25,793 nucleotides of DNA, taken from positions 1 through 25,793 of IMG/VR virus record IMGVR_UViG_3300020045_010257; one strand, written 5' to 3'. Numbering within the stretch: the first letter of the stretch is position 1; each line of letters begins with the position of its first letter. Origin of the DNA: a virus (taxonomy: Duplodnaviria; Caudoviricetes). A program made the translations under genes and the position numbers. Positions 8,750-18,319 of this stretch are shown piece after piece. The notes beneath the pieces were generated by a model, which was given only the letters and a program-made list of their open reading frames with translations, had not been told where the DNA came from and searched no databases.

Positions 8750-10956
8750 ATTCCAAACTCCTCTAAGAATTTATCTGCGACTTTCTCCCACGTTGCGGTC
8801 ATCGGAATGTCGACGCGCTCCCATTTGCGATCAATAATTGCGCTAACCAAACGATTAGCCCAAAGCCCCGTCGTTGCGTCGCCTGAAGGGACGTCGGTTT
8901 GCATCATGTCGCACATATCGCGATCGAGTGCGGGCTTCATTGTGTACTTAAGCGCAGCCGTATCTCTAAAGATCGACCAGCAACCGCTGTACATCGCTTC
9001 AAGAGCCGTAATGCAGTAAGTTTCAATAAAATCGTTACAATAGAGCCAAACGCCCGACTCTTTGAAGTGGCGCATGAGTTCTCGCTTAGGCACTTGTCCA
9101 TAATGAGTTACAAAATCATGAGCCTTAATGTGCGATTCGATCTGATCAGCCCAAGCGGCCTGACCACATTTGCGCATGTTCTCAAGGCCATAAAAGCAAT
9201 GGAGCTTTATGTCGAGGCCTGAGACTTCTCTCGCCTTCTTTACGACATTGATCGCCTCAACAAGTCCTCGATCAGGGCTTGACGAGAAAATAACTTTAAG
9301 CGGATCTTTTTTTATCTCACCCTCTGGAAAGTCGTCCGGATTAATGCCATTGAACCCGAGAATAATTTTGTCCTCAGGAATGCCTTGAGTTTCCATAAGG
9401 TAGTTCTTATGAAACTCTGAGAGCGCCATAATTTTAGAATAGTTCTCAGACTTTTCTGCGCCCGGACACTGAAGGTCGTGGCACCAAATAAAGCTTTTAG
9501 CCAGCGTCAGCTTGTGAGCGTGGCGCCAGGCTATGTGCGCCGCAGGCTCAACGTTTTGCACGTAAGGGAGCAAGTCTTGAACCGGCACGTACTCAACGCC
9601 AGAGGGCATCACATCGCGCTTTTGGCGAGTGTTAAAGACCATAACTCTGCGGTCTGGATGCTTTTGCTTTATCCATCGGGCCACCTCAACGGCCGCAGTT
9701 TCCGAGCCGCCGTGGCCCTTCTCCTTAAGCGTATGCTCGTCCCAGTCGGTCACGGCACCACCTGGCGGGCACGTAATCACGATGTCGGTCGTTTTGGGCA
9801 GGCCCTCTCTAACTTTGTTCAAGTCTTGGAGGCGGTTGCACTCATTTAGCAGGTCTTGATATTTGTGGCCCTTACTTTTGAGTAGCTCGATAGTGTCGAG
9901 CGCCTTCGCTGAATCACATTGCGCCAAATAAACTTTCGCCATTTGCGTAAGCGGGTACTCTTCATACGCGTGATCATACGCAACCAAAATCCCGCCCACT
10001 CGATCAGGCGTACAGCTAAGCGCAGTTTTAAGCGCAAAGAGTGCGTTGTTAAAATCGCCCATCGCAATGTAAGTGTCGCCAAGGATGCACCAGAGCTCTG
10101 CGCGAGTCGGAATAAGCCTCAGGCCGTTCATCGCAAGGTCGACCGCTTGCTCATAGGCTTTTGAATGAAACGCTGATTGCGCCGCGTACTGAATGGACAG
10201 CATTCTGTCGTGTACGTGTAAGTTCTTGTCCTTTAGCGCCTCCATGAGCGGGCGCCCAGCCTCGGTCTGCTTGCCGTTCTCGTAAAGCTCTTTCCCATAG
10301 TAGAACTTCATTCGAGACTCTAAATTCTCAAGGCCGTGCTTTTCAAAGAGGCGAATATTGCGCAAGTAGTCTTGCTTAATGTCCTCCTGGCTACGTCTAT
10401 GATTTACCGTCCAAGAGTTTACAGTTTGCGGCCACACTTTCTTAGTCGGGTCTGTTTGCAGCAAGCCCTCGTGAACAAAGTAGTGCCATTTAAAGCCAAA
10501 GTTGTTCTTGATCACGCGCTCTCTAATAAACTCGCAAACGACGTCGCCTTTTTCGTTATAGGCGTAGTTATATTTAGCCGTCCAATAGTGGGCAGCGTGC
10601 ATAACCGTATCGCGCCAATGGATAAACGCTTTCGGGTCAGACAAAACGTCGTCGCCATCTAGCCAGCAAACGTAATCGCTCTTTGCGTGAGAGAATGAGA
10701 AGTTTCGAGCGGCCGAAAAGTCGTCAACCCAATCGAAATTATGAATATTTATGTGAGGTAGCCCGGCCCAATTCGGCTGGCCCTCTTCAATATGTTTATT
10801 AATTATATCTAAAAACTCTAAGGTGTTATCGGTAGAGCCTGTGTCTGTAATATGAATTTCGTCAAAACAGCCCTTAACCGATTGCAGTAGTCCGCCAAGG
10901 TTATGGGCTTCATTTTTCACTATCATGCAGAGTGAAATTGAAGGCCGTGATTGCAC
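8746..10956 (-). CDS. Multidomain glycosyltransferase: N-terminal GT2 (GT-A) + TPR-like repeats + C-terminal GT-B (GT4-like)
   Basis: ISLCMIVKNE, DTGSTD, DFSAARN, WLDGDD, VHE (SunS/flagellin-GT-like GT2); helical TPR-like middle; GGSE, NGI, SSPDRGL, ETYCITALEAM (GT-B). Confidence 0.9.
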   Translation of the reverse strand: MQSRPSISLCMIVKNEAHNLGGLLQSVKGCFDEIHITDTGSTDNTLEFLDIINKHIEEGQPNWAGLPHINIHNFDWVDDFSAARNFSFSHAKSDYVCWLDGDDVLSDPKAFIHWRDTVMHAAHYWTAKYNYAYNEKGDVVCEFIRERVIKNNFGFKWHYFVHEGLLQTDPTKKVWPQTVNSWTVNHRRSQEDIKQDYLRNIRLFEKHGLENLESRMKFYYGKELYENGKQTEAGRPLMEALKDKNLHVHDRMLSIQYAAQSAFHSKAYEQAVDLAMNGLRLIPTRAELWCILGDTYIAMGDFNNALFALKTALSCTPDRVGGILVAYDHAYEEYPLTQMAKVYLAQCDSAKALDTIELLKSKGHKYQDLLNECNRLQDLNKVREGLPKTTDIVITCPPGGAVTDWDEHTLKEKGHGGSETAAVEVARWIKQKHPDRRVMVFNTRQKRDVMPSGVEYVPVQDLLPYVQNVEPAAHIAWRHAHKLTLAKSFIWCHDLQCPGAEKSENYSKIMALSEFHKNYLMETQGIPEDKIILGFNGINPDDFPEGEIKKDPLKVIFSSSPDRGLVEAINVVKKAREVSGLDIKLHCFYGLENMRKCGQAAWADQIESHIKAHDFVTHYGQVPKRELMRHFKESGVWLYCNDFIETYCITALEAMYSGCWSIFRDTAALKYTMKPALDRDMCDMMQTDVPSGDATTGLWANRLVSAIIDRKWERVDIPMTATWEKVADKFLEEFGI

Positions 10957-10968
10957 TTGTTATCCCCC

Positions 10969-11655
10969 TTAGGTCTTTGTTGTTTGCGTTGATGTATCCG
11001 AAATCGTTTTTTCTCTAAGCAAAGTCGATGAGCCGCGGGAGTATACGTCGTAAATCCCGGTGGACTTCGCATAAACCTGATCGCCCTCTTGCACCTCTTG
11101 GACGCGCTTTAAGAACCCAAACACCGTCGTTGGATCAATTGAGGTAGATCCGAAACTAGACGTTGTATCTCCGACAAGTGCGCCAAGAGCACTTGTGGTT
11201 GCGCCGATGGCACCAAGAGTATTTCCAACGCCCGTAAGTGTTGTTCCAATTCCAACAAGAGTGGTTCCTTGAAATCCAAGGCCCGCGAATACTGAAAATC
11301 CATATCCAAGCGATGTACTCCCTTGAGCAAATAGCGAAACGCCCTGAGCCATAAGGCTTGTGCCAATCGCGATCATTGTTGTTCCATATTCATCGGACCT
11401 GTCGACTGGGTCGAGCGCGCCAGAGACATAGCGGCCGTTTGTTCCGGGGCTTGTCGTCGCGGCGTCAGCTAAAAAAACAATCGGCGTCGTCGTTCCCCAC
11501 GAGAAAGAGTAAAAGCCCGTTGCGCCGACCACGTTTGAAATGCCCGGCGGAGTTACCGCGGTCCCGTTGTTGTTGAACGTCAGAAACGTTGGCGCCAACC
11601 CAAAGAACTGTCTCGGGTCGCCTGAGCCGAATTGTAAGTAATAGGTTTTAGCCAT
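10969..11655 (-). CDS. Virion fibre/whisker-like protein with Gly-heptad repeat
   Basis: Beta-rich N-domain, then Gly every 7 residues over an uncharged ~70-aa stretch; Thr/Ser-rich. Confidence 0.5.
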   Translation of the reverse strand: MAKTYYLQFGSGDPRQFFGLAPTFLTFNNNGTAVTPPGISNVVGATGFYSFSWGTTTPIVFLADAATTSPGTNGRYVSGALDPVDRSDEYGTTMIAIGTSLMAQGVSLFAQGSTSLGYGFSVFAGLGFQGTTLVGIGTTLTGVGNTLGAIGATTSALGALVGDTTSSFGSTSIDPTTVFGFLKRVQEVQEGDQVYAKSTGIYDVYSRGSSTLLREKTISDTSTQTTKT

Positions 11656-12468
11656 TTATAAATCCCACCCGGTTATTGGCACAGAGGCGTGAAAAGCACA
11701 GCCAACGGTCGTGCTCAAGAGACCGGGAGTTGTCCCACCCCAAAGCGCGCCATTTCCGTTAGAAGTTGAAACTCCGAAAAACTTTAGATGGGTCGTATCG
11801 TAAACCATTGGCGTAAAGGCCAGTGCTGTGCCGGCCGGGCCCTGAAGGTAACCGCCGCCGCAGCCGCCAACCATGCCAGCGCCAACGCCAATCGTAACCC
11901 CGGTCGAAGCAGAGATGTAGGCGGTGTCAATTGTTAGCGAATTCGGTAAAAGCAGAATATACGCGCCCGTTCCTGCCGTGCCCGCTCCGGACTGAATATA
12001 CTCGCCACGCATTTCTAGCTGCTTGCCATTTCTTCTAGCCCATAAAATGTCGGTTGTTATGGCTCCCTTAACAAGAGACGTCCCCGTGGCCGAAAGAGAA
12101 AGGGCGCCAGTGTTAACCCACGGGGTCACCGCCTGGCTAAGGAGGCATTTCCAAACAACCCCATTACTCTGATAAAGGCCACGTTGACCATTCGAGTGAT
12201 AAACCAACGCGCCACTAGCAAATCCACCAACGGTCTGTCCGCTAGTCGTGTTAATCGTGTAGGCCTGCGTAAAGCTTGTGCCGTCGTGGATGATTTCCAT
12301 GACCTGCCCGTCGTTTCCGACAGCAGTATGAAGCGTAAGCGTGAACGAGGCCCCGCTAAGAACCACAGTAAAATCGGCCGCAGTCGTGCTGTCCGTGCTC
12401 GAAACCGAGCGATACGGGAACACATTACTACTCGCCGCAGATGTGGCGGCGCCTGGTCTAAATAACAT
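11656..12468 (-). CDS. Putative tail/head fibre protein (270 aa)
   Basis: Very Gly/Thr/Ser-rich; FTLTL...G....I...TINTT.GQT.G...SNG..W and WARRNG...M....Y.L.LP motifs resemble phage fibre domains; SD GAGGTG. Confidence 0.55.
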   Translation of the reverse strand: MLFRPGAATSAASSNVFPYRSVSSTDSTTAADFTVVLSGASFTLTLHTAVGNDGQVMEIIHDGTSFTQAYTINTTSGQTVGGFASGALVYHSNGQRGLYQSNGVVWKCLLSQAVTPWVNTGALSLSATGTSLVKGAITTDILWARRNGKQLEMRGEYIQSGAGTAGTGAYILLLPNSLTIDTAYISASTGVTIGVGAGMVGGCGGGYLQGPAGTALAFTPMVYDTTHLKFFGVSTSNGNGALWGGTTPGLLSTTVGCAFHASVPITGWDL

Positions 12469-12477
12469 TTACACCTC

Positions 12478-12510
12478 AAAAAGCCCCGAGGTCTTAAAAA
12501 CCTCAGGGCT
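12478..12510 (-). terminator. Rho-independent terminator after the capsid cluster
   Basis: Minus strand AGCCCUGAGGU-UUUUAAG-ACCUCGGGGCU (11-bp stem with one G:U pair) running into a short U tract. Confidence 0.8.
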
Positions 12511-12522
12511 GAATTTACTGAT

Positions 12523-12948
12523 CTAGTACCAAGTCTTAATGTCTTGGATGTTCTGCACGACCACGTCGATAATGGTCGAAGTCGACGCCGCGCCAGTTCC
12601 GCCGCCTTGGGTTGCAACGAGCAAATCGCCCTTTTGCAAAGCCAATTGCGAAGAGCCAACCGTCAACAAGCTGTAGCTCATGTAGCCAGAGGTTCCGAAT
12701 GCCGAAATGGCAAACGTAGTCCCCAGCGCAAAGCTAGAGCCGCCAGTGCCCGCGATAAAGCGGCACGCTTTCAAAACAACCGTGGGCGCGCCAGAGAGGC
12801 CAAGCATACTTACTTTGGCGTCTGTTACCGTGCACGCACGCTCAATGATCGCAATCGGAATGTCTTGGTTGTTTACCGGGTTTGCGGCATACGCCAACAA
12901 ACTTTCCTTTTGCTCTGAAACGTCTTTCGTTCGATTAATAATTCCCAT
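12523..12948 (-). CDS. Putative capsid decoration/cement protein (141 aa)
   Basis: Beta-sandwich-like, S/T/G-rich, L.KGD.L motif; last gene before the terminator following the MCP. Confidence 0.5.
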   Translation of the reverse strand: MGIINRTKDVSEQKESLLAYAANPVNNQDIPIAIIERACTVTDAKVSMLGLSGAPTVVLKACRFIAGTGGSSFALGTTFAISAFGTSGYMSYSLLTVGSSQLALQKGDLLVATQGGGTGAASTSTIIDVVVQNIQDIKTWY

Positions 12949-13417
12949 TTTTAATACTCCTGTCTTTTAAACGTCTTTTTGGTTCATCTTTAGAGAGCGA
13001 GTGAGTGAGAATGCCGTCGGTCGCTTTCGCAAACCGCCTGCGCTCATCAATCCAAAAGCTCTCAATCTGGTTTCTCGTATCCTTCTTTTTGATTTGATCA
13101 ACGCGCTCGTTAGCCTCGTCCATTTCGTCAAAAAGCTTTTCGTTGGCCAAGGCGTCAATCGAGCGAATGTGGCCGACGACATCGTCGATTCCCCAATCTC
13201 TCGGGACGCCAGAGGCCATCCAATTGTCGGTTATTGCGCAGACGTACTGCTTGTCGACGCGGAGATTTAAAAGCGGCACTCCCTCAAGTTCACATACTTG
13301 CTCAAAGCGCTTAGAGCGCCTGAAAACGCAAGCGAGTCCGTCCTTGGACAAACCTGCGAAAAGCTCTCGGTCGTAAGACTTAAGCGCTTTTGTATATGCA
13401 GAAAGAAACACGCTCAT
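12935..13417 (-). CDS. Hypothetical protein downstream of the MCP (160 aa)
   Basis: SD AAGGGA; collinear with the operon; function not recognised. Confidence 0.6.
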   Translation of the reverse strand: MSVFLSAYTKALKSYDRELFAGLSKDGLACVFRRSKRFEQVCELEGVPLLNLRVDKQYVCAITDNWMASGVPRDWGIDDVVGHIRSIDALANEKLFDEMDEANERVDQIKKKDTRNQIESFWIDERRRFAKATDGILTHSLSKDEPKRRLKDRSIKNGNY

Positions 13418-13425
13418 AAATCCCT

Positions 13426-14670
13426 TTACGGCGAAATGTAGCCCTGAACGACAGAGCTGCCAGACGCCTTTGCGTTAAACAAGTTCGCGAAGAAACGAAT
13501 ACGTACTTCGAGCTGATCATTCTCAGCGGCCGCGATGTACATGGATCCGGTTTCGTCAGCGAATTGCATTTCGGTGAGCACATATTTTTCAATGTACTTA
13601 TCCGGCAGCAAGAAAGTGCGTTGCGGGCAATCTTTGTCAGCTACCCACGGCTTTCCGTTCCACTCGAGATAGTTCTTGCTCTCGGAGCTAAACCCGCCGT
13701 CACCCTTAACCACGTTCACGTAACGCTTGTCTGCGGTCAGGAGCTTTTGGTACATCCGGCGCGAGCCGAAATCAGAGTAAAGACAGTTGATACCGCGTCC
13801 ACCGCGACGCTCGGCCTCGTCCTCTGCTTGCTGAAGCATGCTGAGAGACAAAGGAATTGCTGAACCAGTCGACGTGCCGTCAGAGGTTCCGTAAACCACG
13901 TTGCCCAAAGAGGCGACATAGCTAGAGCGAGCGATGTTGAACACCGTGCCGGTTCCGCCATCAAGCTGAGTCAAGAGTCCAGAGAGCTCTTGGCCAAAAG
14001 AGTTAGCTCTCACCAATACGTCAGTCGCAGATGCGGTAACGGCCTGGTCAAACACTACGGTTGCAGTCAAGCTTGACGCGGTTCCCGTGGTAATTGAGCT
14101 AATGGTGAGGCCAGCTTGGCGCAAAACGCCAGCAGAGCTATAGATGTCGACATAAGAGCCACCGTCTAAGAACTTCAAAGCAGGCTCAGTCGATTCGCGA
14201 CCAGCCAAGACTACGCTAGTGGATGCAGCGGCGGCGGTCGAAACCGTTGCCAAGTCGCCGGTACCGTCCCAGCTCAACTGACGATTACAATCAGACTTTA
14301 AGTCGTTGTAACCCTCTTCAAGCTCGAAACTTGCCGCGCGAACGAAGCTACCGACGTCGGACTTACTGGCTTCGATCATGGGGCCAGTAACTCCAAAGCG
14401 GAGATAGTTGTAAGCGGCAGGAATAAGCGCCTGCACTGTGGTTTGACGCCCGATTTGCGGCAAAATGCCGCCGTCAGAGGTCGCGCCGATACCAGGATTG
14501 CGGCGAACTTTCATCGGACGCACTACCTGATAACCGGACCACGGGTACTTACCCTTTTCAGCACCACGCCAAATCGCACAGTCCTCGCTGAATTGATCCA
14601 CGATAGGACCTTGATAAAAATTCTTTAATTCGGCCAACCCGGAGGTTACGCCTTGATACAAATTACCCAT
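13426..14670 (-). CDS. Major capsid protein (HK97 fold, inferred)
   Basis: 414 aa directly after the scaffold; GATSDGG.LP, CNRQL.WDG.G, L.GL, W.ADKDCP motifs; S/T-rich insertion. Confidence 0.85.
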   Translation of the reverse strand: MGNLYQGVTSGLAELKNFYQGPIVDQFSEDCAIWRGAEKGKYPWSGYQVVRPMKVRRNPGIGATSDGGILPQIGRQTTVQALIPAAYNYLRFGVTGPMIEASKSDVGSFVRAASFELEEGYNDLKSDCNRQLSWDGTGDLATVSTAAAASTSVVLAGRESTEPALKFLDGGSYVDIYSSAGVLRQAGLTISSITTGTASSLTATVVFDQAVTASATDVLVRANSFGQELSGLLTQLDGGTGTVFNIARSSYVASLGNVVYGTSDGTSTGSAIPLSLSMLQQAEDEAERRGGRGINCLYSDFGSRRMYQKLLTADKRYVNVVKGDGGFSSESKNYLEWNGKPWVADKDCPQRTFLLPDKYIEKYVLTEMQFADETGSMYIAAAENDQLEVRIRFFANLFNAKASGSSVVQGYISP

Positions 14671-14689
14671 TTAATTCCCTTCCATGGGG

Positions 14690-15478
14690 CTAACGAGTTT
14701 GAACGCTCTTAAGCATTTCCTGATAAGCCTCTTCAAAATTCTTGGCTTTCCTTGGCGCCTGACCTGGCGTCACTCCGCCGGGGCCCACGTCCCTACCCTG
14801 TTTCCCTTTTTCCAATTGTGATTTAAGTTTCTGATTATAAAATTCGTCAGCCTTCTTAGTGATTCCCTCGTGGCTCTCTCTAATCAGTCGCTCCCAGGCC
14901 GCATCGCTCAAGGATTGTCCCTTCGCTAGCGCCGCTTCGGCCCTGGCGTAGACTTGCTCTTCGTTTGCCAACGGATACTTTTTAAATATCGGAGGCAAAA
15001 GAGCGTCCAGCTTTGCGTTTGCTGTTTCGACTTGAGCTTTAAAGACGTGCTCTTTAAGGAATTTCACGTCGTCTACAACCGGGAGGAGCTCTTTAGGAAT
15101 TCCACCAGATTGCTGCTGACTATTTTGGCTTTGTCCTTGAGCCGGCGCTTGGCCTGTCTTAAGAAACCGATCAATAATACCGTGGTATTTTTTCGGATAT
15201 ACTTCCTTAAAACGTTGGGCAAGGTGCGGGTTATGTAAAACGTTATCAATATCAGTTTCAAGATTTTCCTCGAACTTCTTATTTTCGGAGGCCTCTTTAA
15301 CTTGAGACTCATACGTTTTGTACTGACTAAGGATTTCCTGGAAACGGTCAGGAGTGTACTTTTCACCACCAAATGAGAATTCGGAAACGCCATCAAGCTC
15401 AAAAGCTTTTGCTGGGGCATCCTGATTGTCGCCTGCGGGTTGTACGTCCTGCTGAACGCCTTCTGTGTTTTCTGTCAT
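14690..15478 (-). CDS. Capsid scaffolding protein
   Basis: Acidic N-terminus, helical body, Pro/Gly linker and terminal helix (KNFEEAYQEML); immediately upstream of the MCP. Confidence 0.7.
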   Translation of the reverse strand: MTENTEGVQQDVQPAGDNQDAPAKAFELDGVSEFSFGGEKYTPDRFQEILSQYKTYESQVKEASENKKFEENLETDIDNVLHNPHLAQRFKEVYPKKYHGIIDRFLKTGQAPAQGQSQNSQQQSGGIPKELLPVVDDVKFLKEHVFKAQVETANAKLDALLPPIFKKYPLANEEQVYARAEAALAKGQSLSDAAWERLIRESHEGITKKADEFYNQKLKSQLEKGKQGRDVGPGGVTPGQAPRKAKNFEEAYQEMLKSVQTR

Positions 15479-15894
15479 TAAATCTTACCTTTCGCTTTTA
15501 AATTCTTGGCCATATTCGTTTGAACACGCTCATGGAGATTTCTCGGCTTTTCCGGAGCGCTGTTTTTAAATCTAGAGTCGAGCATTCCCATTGCGATCTC
15601 ATCGCTATCGACCCCGGGCCCTTGCTCGTCTTCGGCCTCCATGTCGTGCTCGCTGTTCTCTTGAGCCGAGGCTTGCGCAATCTTTGCGTGCTCCTCTCTT
15701 GAAGGCTCACCCTTTGACACGGCCTCAGCGCCCGCGGCCTCGCCGTCGAGCATTTGCTGGAGTTGTTCTTTTTGCTCTGGGCTTAGTTGCTTTACGAATT
15801 GCTCCAAACCTCCCGCACCAGCTGGCGCCTGAGCCTTTGGCTCGTCCACTTGGGCGGATCGTCTCGACTTAATGGCGTTTAACATCGGGTTCAT
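15478..15894 (-). CDS. Acidic, likely disordered head-assembly protein (138 aa)
   Basis: Lies between portal and scaffold; TAATG coupling; basic termini with an acidic middle. Confidence 0.6.
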   Translation of the reverse strand: MNPMLNAIKSRRSAQVDEPKAQAPAGAGGLEQFVKQLSPEQKEQLQQMLDGEAAGAEAVSKGEPSREEHAKIAQASAQENSEHDMEAEDEQGPGVDSDEIAMGMLDSRFKNSAPEKPRNLHERVQTNMAKNLKAKGKI

Positions 15895-15898
15895 ATCT

Positions 15899-18055
15899 TT
15901 ATCCTTGTGGCGGTATGCCCGCTTGCTCAGGCGGGGCTAGTTGTAGTTCGGGCAACTGTGGTTGATCCTCAGGGAGCGCGTGCATCGGCGCCTGTCCGCT
16001 CGCGAGATTTCCCTCGCCAGATTGGAGGGCCATTTGTTTGGCTTCGTCCTCAGCTTTTTGAGCGGCGTCCGTACCCTTAAGGTTTGGATCGAGATTCGGA
16101 TCGCCGTCAGCTGAGCCAGTTAGCTCGCTAATCCATTGCGCGTGCTCGTTGATTAGCTCAAGCAACGCTCTTTGTTGGTCTGGCGTTAGCTTTTCGTACT
16201 TTTCAGATATGCGGTAATCGTCGAGCTCTTGCATCCAAAGCGCGTGGTCATCAAACTCCGAAACCGGCGGCTTAATGCCTTGCTCGAGCATTCTAATGCC
16301 GCGGTTGATTTGCGATTTTCTAAGGCTAATTTTTTTCCAGCCTTGATATTCGTCGCCATACTCGAGCATGGACAAGACGTTTTGCAGTACTAGCGGGTCT
16401 TGCGGATTACCGAAATACCCCTGCTGGTTCAGGTTCATAATCTCTTGGCGCTTTAGCACTTTAGAGCCAGGCAGTGTCGAGCCTCTGATTACGTGAACGT
16501 CAAAGTTTTGGCGAATATCGGTCCCGCTAAACTTCCTAACGGTGTATTCCATGTTTTCGCCCACGGTTTTTAGCAGGCGTTCGGTTTCATAAAATTTGTC
16601 TACGAATTTAAGAAGTATTCGACCAAGATCAGCGTAAGAATACTCGTGACCTTCAGTTTCGATTCCAATGCGCGTATCGTCTTGCTCGACGAGTAACTGC
16701 ATACCAATTGCAGGAATGCTAGAGCTAGGCAGCTGTCCACGAGAGGCCTGATTAATTCCAGCCGTATCATTCATGTCCTCTTTGAGTGTGTTTTCCTCTT
16801 CATAGGCGTATTGCGGAATATTAGGCATTTGCAGCGCGTGAGGCTCTGGCACGTTTGGCAAGTGGTCGTACTTGATCATTTCGCCCGACTGATCGTTAAA
16901 CGCTTCGGCCGCGATATTGTGCCCACGAGCCGCAAGGATTTTGCCGGTGAGCATTCGGTTTGACCAAGCTGCGCGCATTTGTTTGCCGCGGTTAATCTGG
17001 TCTTGCAGCGGGCGGAGGTGCGTAATTATCGCCTCGCTTGAGAACTTTCCGCCAACCACGATGTCGTCAAACTTCACGAAAGGAATCTCGTCAATCGGCA
17101 AGATATCGTCTTTAAGCTTTACGCCGTTTGCGGTGATTAGATGGCGCCCGTACGGGTGTTTATTGCTCGGCCGCTCGTAGTAGCTAATCTCAATTGCTGA
17201 GTCTTTTAGCTGAGTGGCGGGACTTCCAGCTGTACCGGTTGTCGTATTGATTGAGTTAATGCGCGACTCATACGCCAGAGAATTTAGCCAGCAGTCCTCT
17301 TCTTTAACCAAGTGACCGTTATCGGGAAAGTGGTCACGAAAATAATCGAGCTTTTTAATTTTCGCTTGGATCAGCGTTTGGTTATCGTCCCAGCCTTTGG
17401 CGTAAGGGTCTGGGAAAATCTCAAAGAACGAGCAAACGTCAACGCGTATATCGCCCTCTGCCACAATCTTGTATTCGCCCTTGCCGGTCTCCTCGTTCAT
17501 GACCGGCATAACTCGTTTCTCGCCGGCCGTCTCATCCCAAGAAACTTTAAAATAAGAAATTCCGCACTGCTGTAGCCACATCGTTAGCGAAATACGCTTG
17601 CGGTTGATGTGCAGTTGGTCCCAAAGCTGAATGATCACTTGCTCGGCCAAGCGGGCAGCGTCTTTGTCTTTTTCGTCACCACTGCGCGGCCGAACGTCCC
17701 ACCTAGGCGGGTTTTTTAAGAGTCGTGCCAGTCTATTTTGGACTGTAGGTAGAATGCGATTAACATGGACGCGGTTACGCTTGAGGAACTGAGAAGGGCT
17801 AGGAACAGAGCGGAACTGTCGACTAGTGCCATCAAAATAAACTGAATCAAAGCCGCACAGGTAAGCAATATTAGTGAGATTGATTCCCTCTTGAGCGGTC
17901 CTGGCACTGGTCTGCCTTCTTTCGTCAAGTTTTTGCCGAACGTAAGCAACGATTGCCTTATCCTCAGCCGATTGCTCGTCGGCAGAGTTTGGCGCGAGAG
18001 GGTTTCCACTCGCCTTCGCAAACAATCTTTCTCTAGCTCTGTCTAAAAGACTCAA
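15899..18055 (-). CDS. Portal protein (P22-like)
   Basis: 718 aa; N.I.P.V, D..AA, PLQD.IN, D.AGIN.ASRG motifs; Q/P-rich tail; position between terminase and scaffold; TTG start. Confidence 0.85.
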   Translation of the reverse strand: MSLLDRARERLFAKASGNPLAPNSADEQSAEDKAIVAYVRQKLDERRQTSARTAQEGINLTNIAYLCGFDSVYFDGTSRQFRSVPSPSQFLKRNRVHVNRILPTVQNRLARLLKNPPRWDVRPRSGDEKDKDAARLAEQVIIQLWDQLHINRKRISLTMWLQQCGISYFKVSWDETAGEKRVMPVMNEETGKGEYKIVAEGDIRVDVCSFFEIFPDPYAKGWDDNQTLIQAKIKKLDYFRDHFPDNGHLVKEEDCWLNSLAYESRINSINTTTGTAGSPATQLKDSAIEISYYERPSNKHPYGRHLITANGVKLKDDILPIDEIPFVKFDDIVVGGKFSSEAIITHLRPLQDQINRGKQMRAAWSNRMLTGKILAARGHNIAAEAFNDQSGEMIKYDHLPNVPEPHALQMPNIPQYAYEEENTLKEDMNDTAGINQASRGQLPSSSIPAIGMQLLVEQDDTRIGIETEGHEYSYADLGRILLKFVDKFYETERLLKTVGENMEYTVRKFSGTDIRQNFDVHVIRGSTLPGSKVLKRQEIMNLNQQGYFGNPQDPLVLQNVLSMLEYGDEYQGWKKISLRKSQINRGIRMLEQGIKPPVSEFDDHALWMQELDDYRISEKYEKLTPDQQRALLELINEHAQWISELTGSADGDPNLDPNLKGTDAAQKAEDEAKQMALQSGEGNLASGQAPMHALPEDQPQLPELQLAPPEQAGIPPQG

Positions 18056-18067
18056 AATTGCTCACCC

Positions 18068-18319
18068 TTAAGCCATGTTAAAAATAGAATTAAGCTCGTG
18101 CGCCTGCCGCTCAGCTTCCGGGTCGGAAACCTCGCCAGCTACGTCTTGAACCTTGTCCTGTTCGTTCTTTGCTTTGGAAATCCTTTTGCCATAAGCGAAG
18201 TCTTGAAAGTCCCTACTCATCAAGCGATTCGCCAGGCTAAGGCTCACCCTCGCCCAGAAAATGTTCTGAGCAATTATGAGAACCACCAAAAGGCCAATAA
18301 CAAACCACTCTTGACTCAT
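18068..18319 (-). CDS. Small single-TM protein upstream of the portal
   Basis: N-terminal hydrophobic WFVIGLLVVLIIAQNIFW; ATGA coupling. Confidence 0.65.
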   Translation of the reverse strand: MSQEWFVIGLLVVLIIAQNIFWARVSLSLANRLMSRDFQDFAYGKRISKAKNEQDKVQDVAGEVSDPEAERQAHELNSIFNMA

